Shown: piece by piece, positions 26,190 through 36,368 of the stretch | How the letters are laid out: each line of letters opens with the position of its first letter | Position numbering within the stretch: position 1 is the stretch's first letter | Source of the DNA: Minisyncoccia bacterium | Lineage (GTDB): Bacteria > Patescibacteriota > Minisyncoccia > Phycocordibacterales > PALSA-1337 | Assembly: GCA_044228445.1 (NCBI GenBank) | Contig: JBGAUV010000001.1 | Coordinates: forward strand, 316,495 to 371,444 | DNA length: 54,950 nucleotides | Reading direction: 5' to 3' | Translations under genes and position numbers: made by a program | The notes under the pieces: generated by a model | What the model saw: only the letters and a program-made list of their open reading frames with translations | Database searches by the model: none | What the model was told of the DNA's origin: nothing

Positions 26190-26810
26190 ATGTCATATAT
26201 TATCGTTGGTTTGGGAAATCCTTCAGGTGAAAGTCTTAAAGATAAAGCAGAAGACTATAATGGAACGCGTCACAATGCAGGAAGAATGATGTTGCAAGCA
26301 ATTGCAAAGGAATTTTCTTTTGATGAATTTAGTTTTGATAAAAAAAGTAATTCTGATATTTCAAAAGGAGATATAAAAAAAGAAAAAGTCACTCTGGTTG
26401 CTCCAAATACATATATGAATAACTCCGGCAAGGCAATTTCATATTTTATAAAAACTCCAAAAGCAATAAATAACCTTATTGTTATATACGATGATTTCAA
26501 TTTACCTTTAGGTAAAGTAAAAATCTCTTTTAATAGAAGTTCAGGGGGGCATAATGGTCTTGAATCAATAATTAAATCAATAAAGTCCGAAGCTTTTATA
26601 AGAATTCGTATAGGTATTGCTCCAGAAAATAGTAAAGGCAATGCAAAAATACCTCATGGAGATGATAAAATAGAAAAATTCATTCTAGGTAAGTTTAAAC
26701 CAGAAGAATTAAAAGAATTAAAAAAGATAGAAAAACTTGTTATTGAAGCTATAGAAATAATAGTGAAAGAGGGTCATGATAAAGCAGCTAGCATTATAAA
26801 TGGTAAGTAA
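26190..26810 (+). CDS. pth: Peptidyl-tRNA hydrolase
   Basis: IIVGLGNP...YNGTRHNAG N-terminal signature and GGHNGL motif. Internal ATG 26190 chosen. Confidence 0.85.
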   Translation: MSYIIVGLGNPSGESLKDKAEDYNGTRHNAGRMMLQAIAKEFSFDEFSFDKKSNSDISKGDIKKEKVTLVAPNTYMNNSGKAISYFIKTPKAINNLIVIYDDFNLPLGKVKISFNRSSGGHNGLESIIKSIKSEAFIRIRIGIAPENSKGNAKIPHGDDKIEKFILGKFKPEELKELKKIEKLVIEAIEIIVKEGHDKAASIINGK

Positions 26811-26984
26811 ATAGGCTATTTTTGTATATTGTGTTATAAATTTCCTATAATATAGACAAAAAGGCCTATTTAGGCTATATTATGAGCCTGTAGATAAGGT
26901 TAAATAGGTAATTATTATTAATCTTGTGCGCTAAAACTGCAAATTTTTTATTATCATTAAAAAGCAGAACGCACATATATAAAT

Positions 26985-28172
26985 ATGTTAAATAAATTAA
27001 AAGAAAAGATTGCTAGTGTAGTTTCAGATAAAACAGAAAAAACAGTAGAAAATACAGAAAATAAGCCAGTAAAAGTAAAAAAAGAAAAAGCTCCAAAGGT
27101 AGTAGGAAATACACTTATGGACAAACTTCTTGAAGGATCAAATGGTACACCTGTACTTGGAGACTTAGTAGAAGGTCCAGTTATAAATATAGAAAAGTCA
27201 GCGGTATATGTTGATCTAGCTCCGTACGGAACTGGTATTATATTCGGTCGTGAATTCATGACTGCTAGAGATATAATAAAGAAAATCAATATCGGTGACG
27301 TTATTGCTGCAAAAGTAGTAGATACAGACAATAAGGATGGATATATAGAACTTTCTCTAAAGGAAGCTAGACAAGCTCTAATATGGAGTGAAGCAGAAGA
27401 AGCAATAAAGAATAAAAAGATTCTTGATCTTCTAGTTGTTGAAGCAAATAAAGGAGGGCTTATCATTGAATGGCAAGGAATTACAGGTTTCTTACCCGCT
27501 TCTCAACTTAAGACAGAACATTATCCACGTGTAAATGATGGTGATAAGGATAAGATCCTAGAGGAATTAAAGAAACTAGTTGGAAAGAGAATATCAGTTT
27601 CAATTATCTCTGCTCTTCCAAAAGAAGGTAAACTTATCTTCTCAGAAAAGAGTCCAGAACAGAAAGATAAAGAAAAGATTATTGGAAAATACAAAGTACA
27701 AGACGAAGTTACAGGAACTGTTACAGGTATCGTAGACTTTGGAATATTCGTAAAGATAGAAGATGGTCTAGAAGGTCTAGTACATATTTCAGAAGTAGAT
27801 TGGTCACTAGTTGAAGATCTAAAGGCTATGTTTAAAGTTGGTCAAAAGGTAAAAGTAAAGATAATTGAAATAAAAGAAGGAAAGATTTCATTATCTATAA
27901 AGGCTTTGAAAGAAAATCCTTGGGTAGAAGCAGGAAAGAGATATAAGAAAGATATGTCAGTTTCAGGAGTAGTTATAAAGTTCAATAAACATGGTGCACT
28001 AGCATCAATAGAAGAAGGAATTGCTGGTCTAGTACATGTTTCAGAATTTGGTTCAGAAGAAAAATTAAGAAAGAATTTGGAACTTGGAAAGAGCTATCCA
28101 TTTAAGATAACTCTATTTGATCCAAAGGAACAAAAGATGGCACTATCATTTACAGGTCCAAAGAAAGCATAA
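26985..28172 (+). CDS. rpsA: 30S ribosomal protein S1
   Basis: Four tandem S1 (OB-fold) repeats, e.g. GTVTGIVDFGIFVKIEDGLEGLVHISE and GVVIKFNKHGALASIEEGIAGLVHVSE. Confidence 0.85.
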   Translation: MLNKLKEKIASVVSDKTEKTVENTENKPVKVKKEKAPKVVGNTLMDKLLEGSNGTPVLGDLVEGPVINIEKSAVYVDLAPYGTGIIFGREFMTARDIIKKINIGDVIAAKVVDTDNKDGYIELSLKEARQALIWSEAEEAIKNKKILDLLVVEANKGGLIIEWQGITGFLPASQLKTEHYPRVNDGDKDKILEELKKLVGKRISVSIISALPKEGKLIFSEKSPEQKDKEKIIGKYKVQDEVTGTVTGIVDFGIFVKIEDGLEGLVHISEVDWSLVEDLKAMFKVGQKVKVKIIEIKEGKISLSIKALKENPWVEAGKRYKKDMSVSGVVIKFNKHGALASIEEGIAGLVHVSEFGSEEKLRKNLELGKSYPFKITLFDPKEQKMALSFTGPKKA

Positions 28173-28182
28173 TAAAAAATAA

Positions 28183-28208
28183 ATGAACTCCCAAAAGGAG
28201 TTCATTTA
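28183..28208 (+). terminator. Intrinsic terminator after rpsA
   Basis: ATGAACTCC (28183-28191) pairs with GGAGTTCAT (28197-28205), followed by TTAT. Confidence 0.65.
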
Positions 28209-28223
28209 TGTTAAAATAAAAAC

Positions 28224-28862
28224 ATGATAATAAGTTATTTAGGAGGAGAATTTGTAAAAGTGCAATTCGGTGATATAACACTAGCTTTTAACCCTATATC
28301 AAAGGATTCTGAACTAAAGCAAAGTAGATTTGGTGCTGATATTGTTCTTATTTCTACTCATCATAAGGATATGAATGGAATAGAACAGGTAAGTCATGGT
28401 GAAAAAAAACCTTTTGCAGTAACAGGTCCAGGAGAATATGAGATAAGAGGAGTATTTATAAAAGGTCTTCCTTCAGAAACAAAGTATGGCGGTGAAAGTC
28501 TTATAAATACCATATATACAGTTTCTCTAGAAAATATGAATATATGTTTCTTGGGTGGACTTTCAAATAGTGAATTAAAAGCAGAAACAATTGAAGCTCT
28601 AGATGATATAGATATATTATTTGTACCGATAGGTGGTGAAGGAGTTTTGGAACCTGGTAAGGCATATAAACTCGCTGTATCACTCGGTGCAAAGATTATT
28701 ATTCCTATACACTACGGTGATGTTGGAAATAAGGATGCACTAAAGGTATTCTTAAAGGAAGCAGGAGAAAACCCAGAATCAATAGCAAAACTTACACTAA
28801 AGAAAAAAGATCTAGATGGTAAGGATGGTGACGTTATAGTTCTAGACCCTTCAAAAGAATAA
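28224..28862 (+). CDS. MBL-fold metal-dependent hydrolase-like protein
   Basis: 212 aa; ADIVLISTHHKD and IIIPIHYGD segments fit the UPF0173/metallo-beta-lactamase-fold pattern. Confidence 0.55.
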   Translation: MIISYLGGEFVKVQFGDITLAFNPISKDSELKQSRFGADIVLISTHHKDMNGIEQVSHGEKKPFAVTGPGEYEIRGVFIKGLPSETKYGGESLINTIYTVSLENMNICFLGGLSNSELKAETIEALDDIDILFVPIGGEGVLEPGKAYKLAVSLGAKIIIPIHYGDVGNKDALKVFLKEAGENPESIAKLTLKKKDLDGKDGDVIVLDPSKE

Positions 28863-28875
28863 TTTTATTAAATAA

Positions 28876-29151
28876 ATGCTTCAACATATAGAAAAATTAA
28901 GAAGTAAACCAGAACATATTAGAAGGAGAATAGCTTTTATAACTTCTCTTTGTTTTACTTCATTAATTTTCGCTATATGGATTGGAAGTTTTAAGATTCA
29001 AAATTCACCAACAGCTATTAATATAAAATCTCCAGCAAGTTCTATTACGGCAAGTGTTATGGATTCGGTAAAGTATATAAAAGAATCATTTTTTGGTTCA
29101 AATAAGGCTAGCTATCAAGCCACCATAGAAGCAATTCCAGGAAAGAGATAG
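28876..29151 (+). CDS. Small hypothetical membrane protein
   Basis: 91 aa with one TM helix (IAFITSLCFTSLIFAIWIGSF). Confidence 0.4.
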   Translation: MLQHIEKLRSKPEHIRRRIAFITSLCFTSLIFAIWIGSFKIQNSPTAINIKSPASSITASVMDSVKYIKESFFGSNKASYQATIEAIPGKR

Positions 29152-29227
29152 CAAGACAAAACATATAAAATTTGCTATAATAAACCCATAAATTATAAAA
29201 ATTCGACCTATTACCATATAGAAAAAC

Positions 29228-31702
29228 ATGGCAAAAAAAGATTCAGAAAGAATAGAGACACCTGCACCACGTGATCCAGCAAAGGGTATTGTTGCAAGAA
29301 GTATAACAACAGAAATGCGTGAGTCTTTTCTTGACTATGCTATGTCTGTTATTACAGATCGTGCTTTGCCTGACGTAAGAGATGGTCTAAAACCCGTACA
29401 TAGAAGAATACTTTATGCTATGCATGAAAAGGGTCTTACTGCTTCTGCAAAGTTCCGTAAGTCTGCTGTGGTAGTTGGAGATGTGCTTGGAAACTATCAC
29501 CCACACGGTGATGTTGCTGTTTATGATTCTATGGTAGGTATGGCTCAGGATTTTAAAATGAGATATCCACTTATCCAAGGTCAAGGAAACTATGGAAATG
29601 TAGATGGAGACTCAGCAGCTGCTATGAGATATACAGAAGCGCGCATGTCACGTCTTTCAGCAGAATTACTTCGTGATATAGAAAAAGAGACAGTAGACTA
29701 TCACCCAAACTATGATGGTACAAGAAAAGAACCAAGTGTTCTTCCAACTGCTGTACCAAATCTTTTACTTAATGGAACACTAGGTATTGCTGTGGGTATG
29801 GCCACAAATATCGCTCCTCATAACCTTAGTGAAGTTATAGATGCAACAACACACCTAGTAGATGATAAAGACGCTACAAGTGAAGATTTATTAAAATATA
29901 TAAAGGGTCCAGATTTCCCAACAGGAGGAATAATGTATGGAGAAAAAGATATTCATCATGCATATACTACAGGACGTGGAGGTATTGTTGTTCGTGGAGA
30001 AGCAGAAATAATAGAAGATAAAAAAGGACAGTATCAAATTATTATTTCTTCAATACCTTATCGTGTAAGCAAACAGGATTTAGTAATGAAAATTGCTGAT
30101 CTTGTAAGAGAAAAGATTATAGAAGGAATAAAGGGTCTACGTGATGAATCAGATAAAGAGATGAGAATTGTTATAGACCTAAAACAAGGTGCTCACCCAG
30201 AAAAAGTCCTAAACTTTATATACAAACATACACAATTAGAAGAAACTTTCCACGTAAACATGGTTTCTCTAGTAAATGGTGTACCACAAACCTTAGCTCT
30301 AAAGTCTATATTGGAAGAATTCGTATCACATAGAGTAGAAGTTATACGTAGAAGAACAAAGTTTGATTTAAGAAAAGCAGAAGAAAGGGAACATATACTT
30401 CTTGGTCTAAAGAAGGCTCTTGATCATATAGATGAAATTATTACTCTTATTAGAGGTTCAAAAGATGCGGTTGAAGCACATGCAAACCTTATAAAGAAAT
30501 TCAAATTTTCAGATCTTCAAGCAACAGCAATACTTGAAATGCGTTTGCAAAAGCTGGCTGGTCTTGAAAGAAAGAAAATCTTAGACGAATTAAAACAAGT
30601 TCAGGATCTTATTGCCGAATTAAAAGAAATTCTAGGTAGTGAAAAGAAAGTAAGAGAAATAATAAAGAAAGAACTTGCTGATATAAAAGCAAAATACGGT
30701 GATGAAAGAAGAACAAAACTTATAAAGCATGGATTAAAGGATTTTAACCCAGAAGATCTTATTCCTGATGAGGAAAGTGTTCTAGTCCTTACAAAAGGTG
30801 GATATATAAAGAGAACAAACCCAGATGAATACAGAAAACAAAAGAGGGGAGGAATAGGGGTTGTAGATCTAGATACAAAAGAAGAGGATTTTATAACACA
30901 CCTTGTCTATGCAACAGCACATAATGATCTATTATTCTTCACAGATCTTGGAAAAGCATACCAGATAAAAATGTATGATATTCCAGAAGGAAAGAGAGCT
31001 ACAAAAGGAAAATCTATTATGAACTTCCTTTCACTTTCAGAAAATGAAAAAGTTACATCTATACTTCCTATGCCAAAGAATAAAAAAGAGGCAGACGGAC
31101 TTGCTCTGCTTATGGTTACAAAAGGAGGTACAGGTAAGAAGAGTTCAGCTTCACATTTCCATGATGTAAGAAGATCTGGATTGATAGCAATTACACTAGA
31201 TGATAAAGATGAACTTATGTCAGCACAGTTTGTGGGTAAGAGCGATGATATAGTTATAGCTACAAAGGATGGACAATCAATCAGATTTAAAGAATCAGAT
31301 GTACGTGAAATGGGTAGAAATGCCGCTGGTGTTAGAGTTATAAAACTAGGAAAGGGTGATGAAGTAATAAGTGCTGATGTAGTCTCAAAAGATGCAAAAA
31401 ATCCAGCTCTCTTTGTAATGGGTTCAAATGGTTATGGTAAAAAAACAAAACTAGATGAGTATAAGGTTCAAAATCGTGGCGGTTCAGGAATACTTACAAT
31501 GAATGTAACAGATAAGACAGGTCCTCTAATGTCTGCAAAAGTTGTAACTGATACAGATGAGGAAATAGTGGCTATGAGTAAAAAGAGTCAGGTTATAAGA
31601 GTAGATATAAAAGAAATTCCAACTCTAGGACGTTCAACTCAAGGTGTTCGTGTTATGAAGCTTCGTGATGGAGATACGCTAGCTAGTTTGATCTGCCTTT
31701 AA
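29228..31702 (+). CDS. gyrA: DNA gyrase subunit A
   Basis: [16 protein letters not shown], the active-site region [11 protein letters not shown], and C-terminal beta-pinwheel repeats. Confidence 0.97.
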   Translation: MAKKDSERIETPAPRDPAKGIVARSITTEMRESFLDYAMSVITDRALPDVRDGLKPVHRRILYAMHEKGLTASAKFRKSAVVVGDVLGNYHPHGDVAVYDSMVGMAQDFKMRYPLIQGQGNYGNVDGDSAAAMRYTEARMSRLSAELLRDIEKETVDYHPNYDGTRKEPSVLPTAVPNLLLNGTLGIAVGMATNIAPHNLSEVIDATTHLVDDKDATSEDLLKYIKGPDFPTGGIMYGEKDIHHAYTTGRGGIVVRGEAEIIEDKKGQYQIIISSIPYRVSKQDLVMKIADLVREKIIEGIKGLRDESDKEMRIVIDLKQGAHPEKVLNFIYKHTQLEETFHVNMVSLVNGVPQTLALKSILEEFVSHRVEVIRRRTKFDLRKAEEREHILLGLKKALDHIDEIITLIRGSKDAVEAHANLIKKFKFSDLQATAILEMRLQKLAGLERKKILDELKQVQDLIAELKEILGSEKKVREIIKKELADIKAKYGDERRTKLIKHGLKDFNPEDLIPDEESVLVLTKGGYIKRTNPDEYRKQKRGGIGVVDLDTKEEDFITHLVYATAHNDLLFFTDLGKAYQIKMYDIPEGKRATKGKSIMNFLSLSENEKVTSILPMPKNKKEADGLALLMVTKGGTGKKSSASHFHDVRRSGLIAITLDDKDELMSAQFVGKSDDIVIATKDGQSIRFKESDVREMGRNAAGVRVIKLGKGDEVISADVVSKDAKNPALFVMGSNGYGKKTKLDEYKVQNRGGSGILTMNVTDKTGPLMSAKVVTDTDEEIVAMSKKSQVIRVDIKEIPTLGRSTQGVRVMKLRDGDTLASLICL

Positions 31703-31750
31703 TTTAATTATTAATTAAATAAATTGTTAAATAAAATAGATTAAATAAAT

Positions 31751-32317
31751 CTAATTACAGTTATTGTTTGTTCCACTAGGATTATTACAATAGTTATTAA
31801 AAGAATCACCATTATATAGTCCACCGCCACTAGTACCACCATTACCACCAGTATTTCCTGTTTCAACACTCGGAAGATTACCAAATTTAATATTGTTTAT
31901 CTGATTTGTAGGTCTAGCGTCTTGTGTTCTAAATGAATTTCTAAGTATAGCTACCAAACCCCAGATCGATAAAATAACAAATAGTCCAACAATACTATAG
32001 AAAACCATCATACCAGCAGCTTTTCTATCAGCTTCCGCATCAATAACAAAGTATCTTATTGTATTTATAATTATAAATAGTACCGCTACAGATATAGCAA
32101 TTTCTATTATCAAATTACCTATGTTTACACCTTTTTGAGCTACTTGATCTATATTTGTTATATTTCCAACTCTATTTGAGACTTGTTGAATTTCATTATT
32201 TGAGAAACCAGCAGTACCTTGAGCATTAGCAATACTTGGAGAAACAAAAGAAACTATATTAAAAAATAGTATTTGTAAAATTAAAAACGAAAACAATATG
32301 GTGATAACTCGTTTCAT
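31751..32317 (-). CDS. VirB2/TrbC-like (T4SS-type) pilin paralogue with G/N-rich tail
   Basis: Signal peptide ending ANAQG; two hydrophobic helices around a charged loop. GLFVILSIWGLVAILRNSFRT is near-identical to the product of 35627..35992. Confidence 0.6.
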   Translation of the reverse strand: MKRVITILFSFLILQILFFNIVSFVSPSIANAQGTAGFSNNEIQQVSNRVGNITNIDQVAQKGVNIGNLIIEIAISVAVLFIIINTIRYFVIDAEADRKAAGMMVFYSIVGLFVILSIWGLVAILRNSFRTQDARPTNQINNIKFGNLPSVETGNTGGNGGTSGGGLYNGDSFNNYCNNPSGTNNNCN

Positions 32318-32349
32318 TTACATTAAAACTTACTATATAATTATATATC

Positions 32350-32871
32350 ATGTTCTCTAATCCACAAAATAATATAAATACACTTGGAGTTGATAATGGT
32401 ATGAAAGTGGCTGATCTAGGTTCTGGATCAGGTTTTTATTCTATTGAATGTGCAAAATTAGTAGGCAATAGAGGCAGAGTATATTCAATAGACGTTCAAC
32501 AAGACTTACTAGATAAGATAAAGAATAGCGCTAGTTTACTAGGTCTTCATAATGTAGAAATTGTTTGGGGAAATATAGAAAAAATAGGTGGTACAAAGTT
32601 ACGCGAAGCTGTAATCGATAGGGCCATACTTTCAAATACTCTATTTCAAATAGAAGAGAAAGATAGGGATAACCTAGTTCTAGAGATAAAGCGTATATTA
32701 AGACCTGGGGGTAAAATATTAGTAGTTGATTGGGATGATAGTGATCTAGGGCCGAAAGTTAAGGTTAAAATAGATAAAGCACAAGGTCTTTTTGAAAAAG
32801 CAGGTTTTGTAACTGAAAAAAGATTCGATGCAGGGGATCATCATTATGGTTTAATATTTAAAAGACAATGA
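32350..32871 (+). CDS. Class I SAM-dependent methyltransferase
   Basis: VADLGSGSGFYS motif I, then VYSIDVQ and the ILRPGGKILVVDW post-I/II motifs. Confidence 0.8.
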   Translation: MFSNPQNNINTLGVDNGMKVADLGSGSGFYSIECAKLVGNRGRVYSIDVQQDLLDKIKNSASLLGLHNVEIVWGNIEKIGGTKLREAVIDRAILSNTLFQIEEKDRDNLVLEIKRILRPGGKILVVDWDDSDLGPKVKVKIDKAQGLFEKAGFVTEKRFDAGDHHYGLIFKRQ

Positions 32872-34163
32872 AAACTAGCAAATTTCAAATTATTTTTATT
32901 TCAATATTCGTAGTTTTTATAGTTATTGGTGTAGTTTTATTCGCAACATATAAAGGAAATACGGATCAAGTGCAATTACCACCAATTGTTGTTTGGGGTA
33001 CATTTCCTGAAGATATATTTAATAGTTATATTCAACAAATAAACAATACAAGAAACGCTCCTTTAACTGTTAACTATGTAAAAAAGACAGAGAATAATTT
33101 TGATAAAGATTTTATTGAAACACTAGCAAGAGGTGAGGGTCCTGATGTAATACTAATACCTCAAGATATGATATTAAGACACTCAGATAAAGTTGTGCCT
33201 ATACCATATAGTCTTTTGCCTGAGAGAAATTTTAGAGATACATATATTGAACAAGGAGAATCCTATTTAACTCCAGGGGGTATTTCAGGTCTACCATTTA
33301 TTGTTGATCCTATTGTTATGTATTGGAATAGAGATTTATATACGAATGCAGGAATAGCTAGTTATCCAAAGACTTGGGAGGATTTTCCAAATTTAATTAA
33401 TAAATTAAATATAAAGGATGTAAATTCAAATATTAGAAGAAGTGCAATAGCAATGGGTGATTTTACAAATATCACAAATGCTAGAGAAATACTAAGTACA
33501 TTATTTTTCCAAGCAGGAAATCCAATAACAAAGTATACAAACAATGGTGTTCAAAGCACTTTGAATCTTGCAGAGGGTCAAACTGGAGCTACTCAAGCAT
33601 TATTATTTTTTGTTCAATTCGTTAATCCACAAAGCAAGTATTATTCTTGGAACAGATCACTTAGTCAATCAAGAACAATGTTTTTATCGGGAAATTTGGC
33701 AAGTTATTTTGGTTTTGCTAGTGAACTTAGGGATATAAGAAATAAAAATCCAAATCTAAACTTTGATGTAGCTCCTTTTCCTCAGATAAAGGATACGAAG
33801 AATCGCGTAACATATGGAAGAATGTATGGTTTTTCTATTGTAAGAAGTACAAAGAATCAAGTCGGTTCATTCAATACAATTTCAGAACTTATACAACCAA
33901 ATAACCTGAATAACTTGGTAAGTCTGACATATCTTCCACCTGTAAGAAGAGATCTAATAGGTGCGGGAACAAGTGATCCTTATTTATCTATATTTTATGA
34001 TTCAGCTTTAATATCAAAAGGTTGGCTTGATCCAAGTAGAAATGAAACTACAAAAATCCTTTCAAACATGATTGATGGTGTAACTAGTGGAAGAGTATCG
34101 TCTTTTGAAGGGATAAGAGAAGCAAGTGATTCTATTGATTTATTAATTAGACAAATAAAATAA
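32868..34163 (+). CDS. Extracellular solute-binding protein (ABC family-1-like), membrane-anchored
   Basis: N-terminal TM anchor; PDVILIPQD and MYWNRDLY segments are typical of sugar-type SBPs. ATGA overlap with the methyltransferase stop. Confidence 0.55.
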   Translation: MKTSKFQIIFISIFVVFIVIGVVLFATYKGNTDQVQLPPIVVWGTFPEDIFNSYIQQINNTRNAPLTVNYVKKTENNFDKDFIETLARGEGPDVILIPQDMILRHSDKVVPIPYSLLPERNFRDTYIEQGESYLTPGGISGLPFIVDPIVMYWNRDLYTNAGIASYPKTWEDFPNLINKLNIKDVNSNIRRSAIAMGDFTNITNAREILSTLFFQAGNPITKYTNNGVQSTLNLAEGQTGATQALLFFVQFVNPQSKYYSWNRSLSQSRTMFLSGNLASYFGFASELRDIRNKNPNLNFDVAPFPQIKDTKNRVTYGRMYGFSIVRSTKNQVGSFNTISELIQPNNLNNLVSLTYLPPVRRDLIGAGTSDPYLSIFYDSALISKGWLDPSRNETTKILSNMIDGVTSGRVSSFEGIREASDSIDLLIRQIK

Positions 34164-34646
34164 ATGAAAAGAATAATAATTACATTTAGCTTATTTACAA
34201 TAATATTTACATTATCTGTATTTACCTTACCTAATACAAAAATATTAAACGCACAGACCCCACCTTCAAATTCAACCGGTACTGGTAATAATTCTAGTCC
34301 AAATGTAGATAGTACATTTGGTTATGGTTTAGTTAGATGTGATGGGGTTGTTAACCCAAAGGAAAAAAATAGAAATGTAACTTGTTCACTAGCTTCATTC
34401 ATTAATACAATAAATTATTTAATATATAGAGCAATAGCATTCTCAATACCTCTAGCTACTGTACTTATGGTCTATGGTGGTTTCCTATATATGACAGGGG
34501 AACAAGATAAGATTAAAACAGCAAAGAATATCTTTTTAAATGTGTGTATTGGGTTTATAATAATGGTAACGGCATGGTTTATAGTAACAACTGTAGTTGA
34601 TTGGGTAGTTGATGAAAGAACAGGTGCAACAAGCTTAATTAAATAA
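34164..34646 (+). CDS. VirB2/TrbC-like pilin paralogue
   Basis: Signal peptide ending LNAQT, Cys pair, then a two-helix hairpin (PLATVLMVYGGFLYMTGEQDKIKTAKNIFLNVCIGFIIMV). Confidence 0.55.
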   Translation: MKRIIITFSLFTIIFTLSVFTLPNTKILNAQTPPSNSTGTGNNSSPNVDSTFGYGLVRCDGVVNPKEKNRNVTCSLASFINTINYLIYRAIAFSIPLATVLMVYGGFLYMTGEQDKIKTAKNIFLNVCIGFIIMVTAWFIVTTVVDWVVDERTGATSLIK

Positions 34647-34650
34647 AATT

Positions 34651-35115
34651 ATGAAATTCAAAAAAACATCAAAGGTCATATTATTTACAATATTATTTAG
34701 TCTTATATTTTCTGGAGTATATAGTTTAGCTTTAGCTCAATCTTCAACTGGAACAGGGAATACTGATAACAATTCTACAGGTACGGGAAATAGTGGTGCT
34801 CCTGTACAGCCAATCCCTAAATTAGTAAATCCACTAAAGTTAAAATATGGTGGTAGTATAGAAAATCTCGTATTCGAACTAGTTGATATAGCAATATTTG
34901 CAGGAACAGTCGTTGCTGTATTTGTATTATTATTTATTGGTTTCAAATTTGTTATGGCTCAAGGTGACCCTGGAGCAATAAAAGATGCAAAAGCATGGCT
35001 TCTTTATGCAATAATAGGTATAGCAATACTCATAAGCTCAAAAGCAGTAGTAGAAATAATGAAAAATACACTTATTTCAGCAGGAATAGTTGAAAGAAGT
35101 TTATTTAATAGATAA
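34651..35115 (+). CDS. VirB2/TrbC-like pilin paralogue
   Basis: Signal peptide ending ALAQS; hairpin FAGTVVAVFVLLFIGFKFVMAQGDPGAIKDAKAWLLYAIIGIAILI. Confidence 0.6.
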   Translation: MKFKKTSKVILFTILFSLIFSGVYSLALAQSSTGTGNTDNNSTGTGNSGAPVQPIPKLVNPLKLKYGGSIENLVFELVDIAIFAGTVVAVFVLLFIGFKFVMAQGDPGAIKDAKAWLLYAIIGIAILISSKAVVEIMKNTLISAGIVERSLFNR

Positions 35116-35119
35116 AAAT

Positions 35120-35542
35120 ATGAAAAATATAAAAAAAATTATTTTAGTGCTAAGTTTAATATTATTACCAATATTTAGTTATGCACAAAATCTTGTTGCA
35201 GCTACAAATGTAACAGAAACAAGAACTCTTAGAAATCTAGCAGACCTATTTGTAAGTTATTTAAATATAGGTATTGAATTGATTATTGCTCTAGCTGTAG
35301 TTACATTTATCTGGAATGTGTATCTATATTTCTTTACAGAAAAGGATAGAGCTGAAGCAGGTAAGTATGTGGCGTATAGTGTAATAGGCTTCTTTGTAAT
35401 ACTTTCTCTATGGGGTTTAGTTGCTCTACTTAGAAATACTATAAATTTACCAAATCAAAGACCTAGTTTTCCATTTGGTGGTAGTACAAATTCAGGAGGT
35501 GGAAATAATGATGGAGGAGGCTTTCTTCCCGATGTACACTAG
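35120..35542 (+). CDS. VirB2/TrbC-like pilin paralogue
   Basis: Signal peptide ending SYAQN; YSVIGFFVILSLWGLVALLRNT helix shared with 31751 and 35627. ATG 35120 preferred over the track start at 35090, which overlaps the upstream gene. Confidence 0.6.
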   Translation: MKNIKKIILVLSLILLPIFSYAQNLVAATNVTETRTLRNLADLFVSYLNIGIELIIALAVVTFIWNVYLYFFTEKDRAEAGKYVAYSVIGFFVILSLWGLVALLRNTINLPNQRPSFPFGGSTNSGGGNNDGGGFLPDVH

Positions 35543-35626
35543 TTTTTCCACAATAGACTATAAACTTGTCTATCTATAGTGGTATAATTTAACTATTGGT
35601 TGTTTAATTATTATTAAATAAAAATT

Positions 35627-35992
35627 ATGAAGAAATTAATCGTTTCAGTTCTAACTTTTTTACCAGCTGTTTCTTTTGCACAAACTCTTACAAATATCGA
35701 TGATGTTGCATCAAAAGCTACAAGAATAGGTAATCTAGTTATTGAGATTGCAATATCTCTAGCAGTTATTTGGATTATTATAAATGTTATAAAGTATCTT
35801 ATAGCAGGTGGAGATGAAGATAGAGCAGCAGGAGGAAAAGCTATACTTTACGGTGTTATAGGTTTGTTTGTTATATTATCAATTTGGGGTCTAGTAGCAA
35901 TACTTACAAATTCATTCAGAACAAATAACTTTAGACCAACAAATGAGATAAATACTAATGTTCATATTCCATCTCTTCCACCAACAAATTAA
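35627..35992 (+). CDS. VirB2/TrbC-like pilin paralogue
   Basis: Signal peptide ending SFAQT; GNLVIEIAISLAVIWIIINVIKYL...GVIGLFVILSIWGLVAILTNSFRT. Confidence 0.65.
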   Translation: MKKLIVSVLTFLPAVSFAQTLTNIDDVASKATRIGNLVIEIAISLAVIWIIINVIKYLIAGGDEDRAAGGKAILYGVIGLFVILSIWGLVAILTNSFRTNNFRPTNEINTNVHIPSLPPTN

Positions 35993-36000
35993 ATAAATTT

Positions 36001-36300
36001 GTGACAGTATACGCTCAAACATTTCAAAAAGTAGCAAATAACCCAGTAGCATCATCAATTATCAATAAAATATTTGACGTAATAGTTATACCTGCAGTTG
36101 AAATTTTATTTTTAGTTGCATTATTTGTATTTGTCTTGGGTATTTTTAAGCTCATATCAAATGCTGGAGATCCTAGCGCGAGACAAGAGGGAATACAGAC
36201 AATAATATGGAGTGTTGTTGGAATGTTTATCATGGTATCTGTCTATGGAATAATTAGGTTCATTGCTTTCACACTAGGTTTGAACGATCCATTTCTCTAG
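36001..36300 (+). CDS. VirB2/TrbC-like pilin paralogue lacking a signal peptide (possibly truncated)
   Basis: GTG start. The protein begins at MTVYAQT, the position of the cleavage motif in its paralogues. A stop codon lies 14 codons upstream in frame. Confidence 0.4.
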   Translation: MTVYAQTFQKVANNPVASSIINKIFDVIVIPAVEILFLVALFVFVLGIFKLISNAGDPSARQEGIQTIIWSVVGMFIMVSVYGIIRFIAFTLGLNDPFL

Positions 36301-36320
36301 TTTAAACAAATACATAGAAC

Positions 36321-36347
36321 AAAGGGCGGACTTGTGGTCCGCCCTTT
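36321..36347. terminator. GC-rich intrinsic terminator at the 3' end of cassette B
   Basis: AAA-GGGCGGAC-TTGTG-GTCCGCCC-TTT. Confidence 0.75.
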
Positions 36348-36368
36348 CGTTAGGTTATTATAGTGAAC

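Noticed and set aside
26957-27466. A 169-aa minus-strand ORF in the track
   Set aside because: It lies antisense inside rpsA and its sequence is low-complexity Ser/Phe/Ile-rich, typical of the shadow frame of an AT-rich Lys/Glu-rich gene. The same reasoning rejects 1104..1457, 6462..6662, 6750..7157, 10259..10477, 21411..21881, 22774..23028, 25627..25953, 26270..26641, 43108..43305, 47650..47913, 48076..48450, 48777..49106 and 50370..50567.
31751-36300. A complete type IV secretion or conjugation locus
   Set aside because: Only pilin-like genes are present. No VirB4, VirB6, VirB9-11, VirD4 or relaxase candidates occur in this window.
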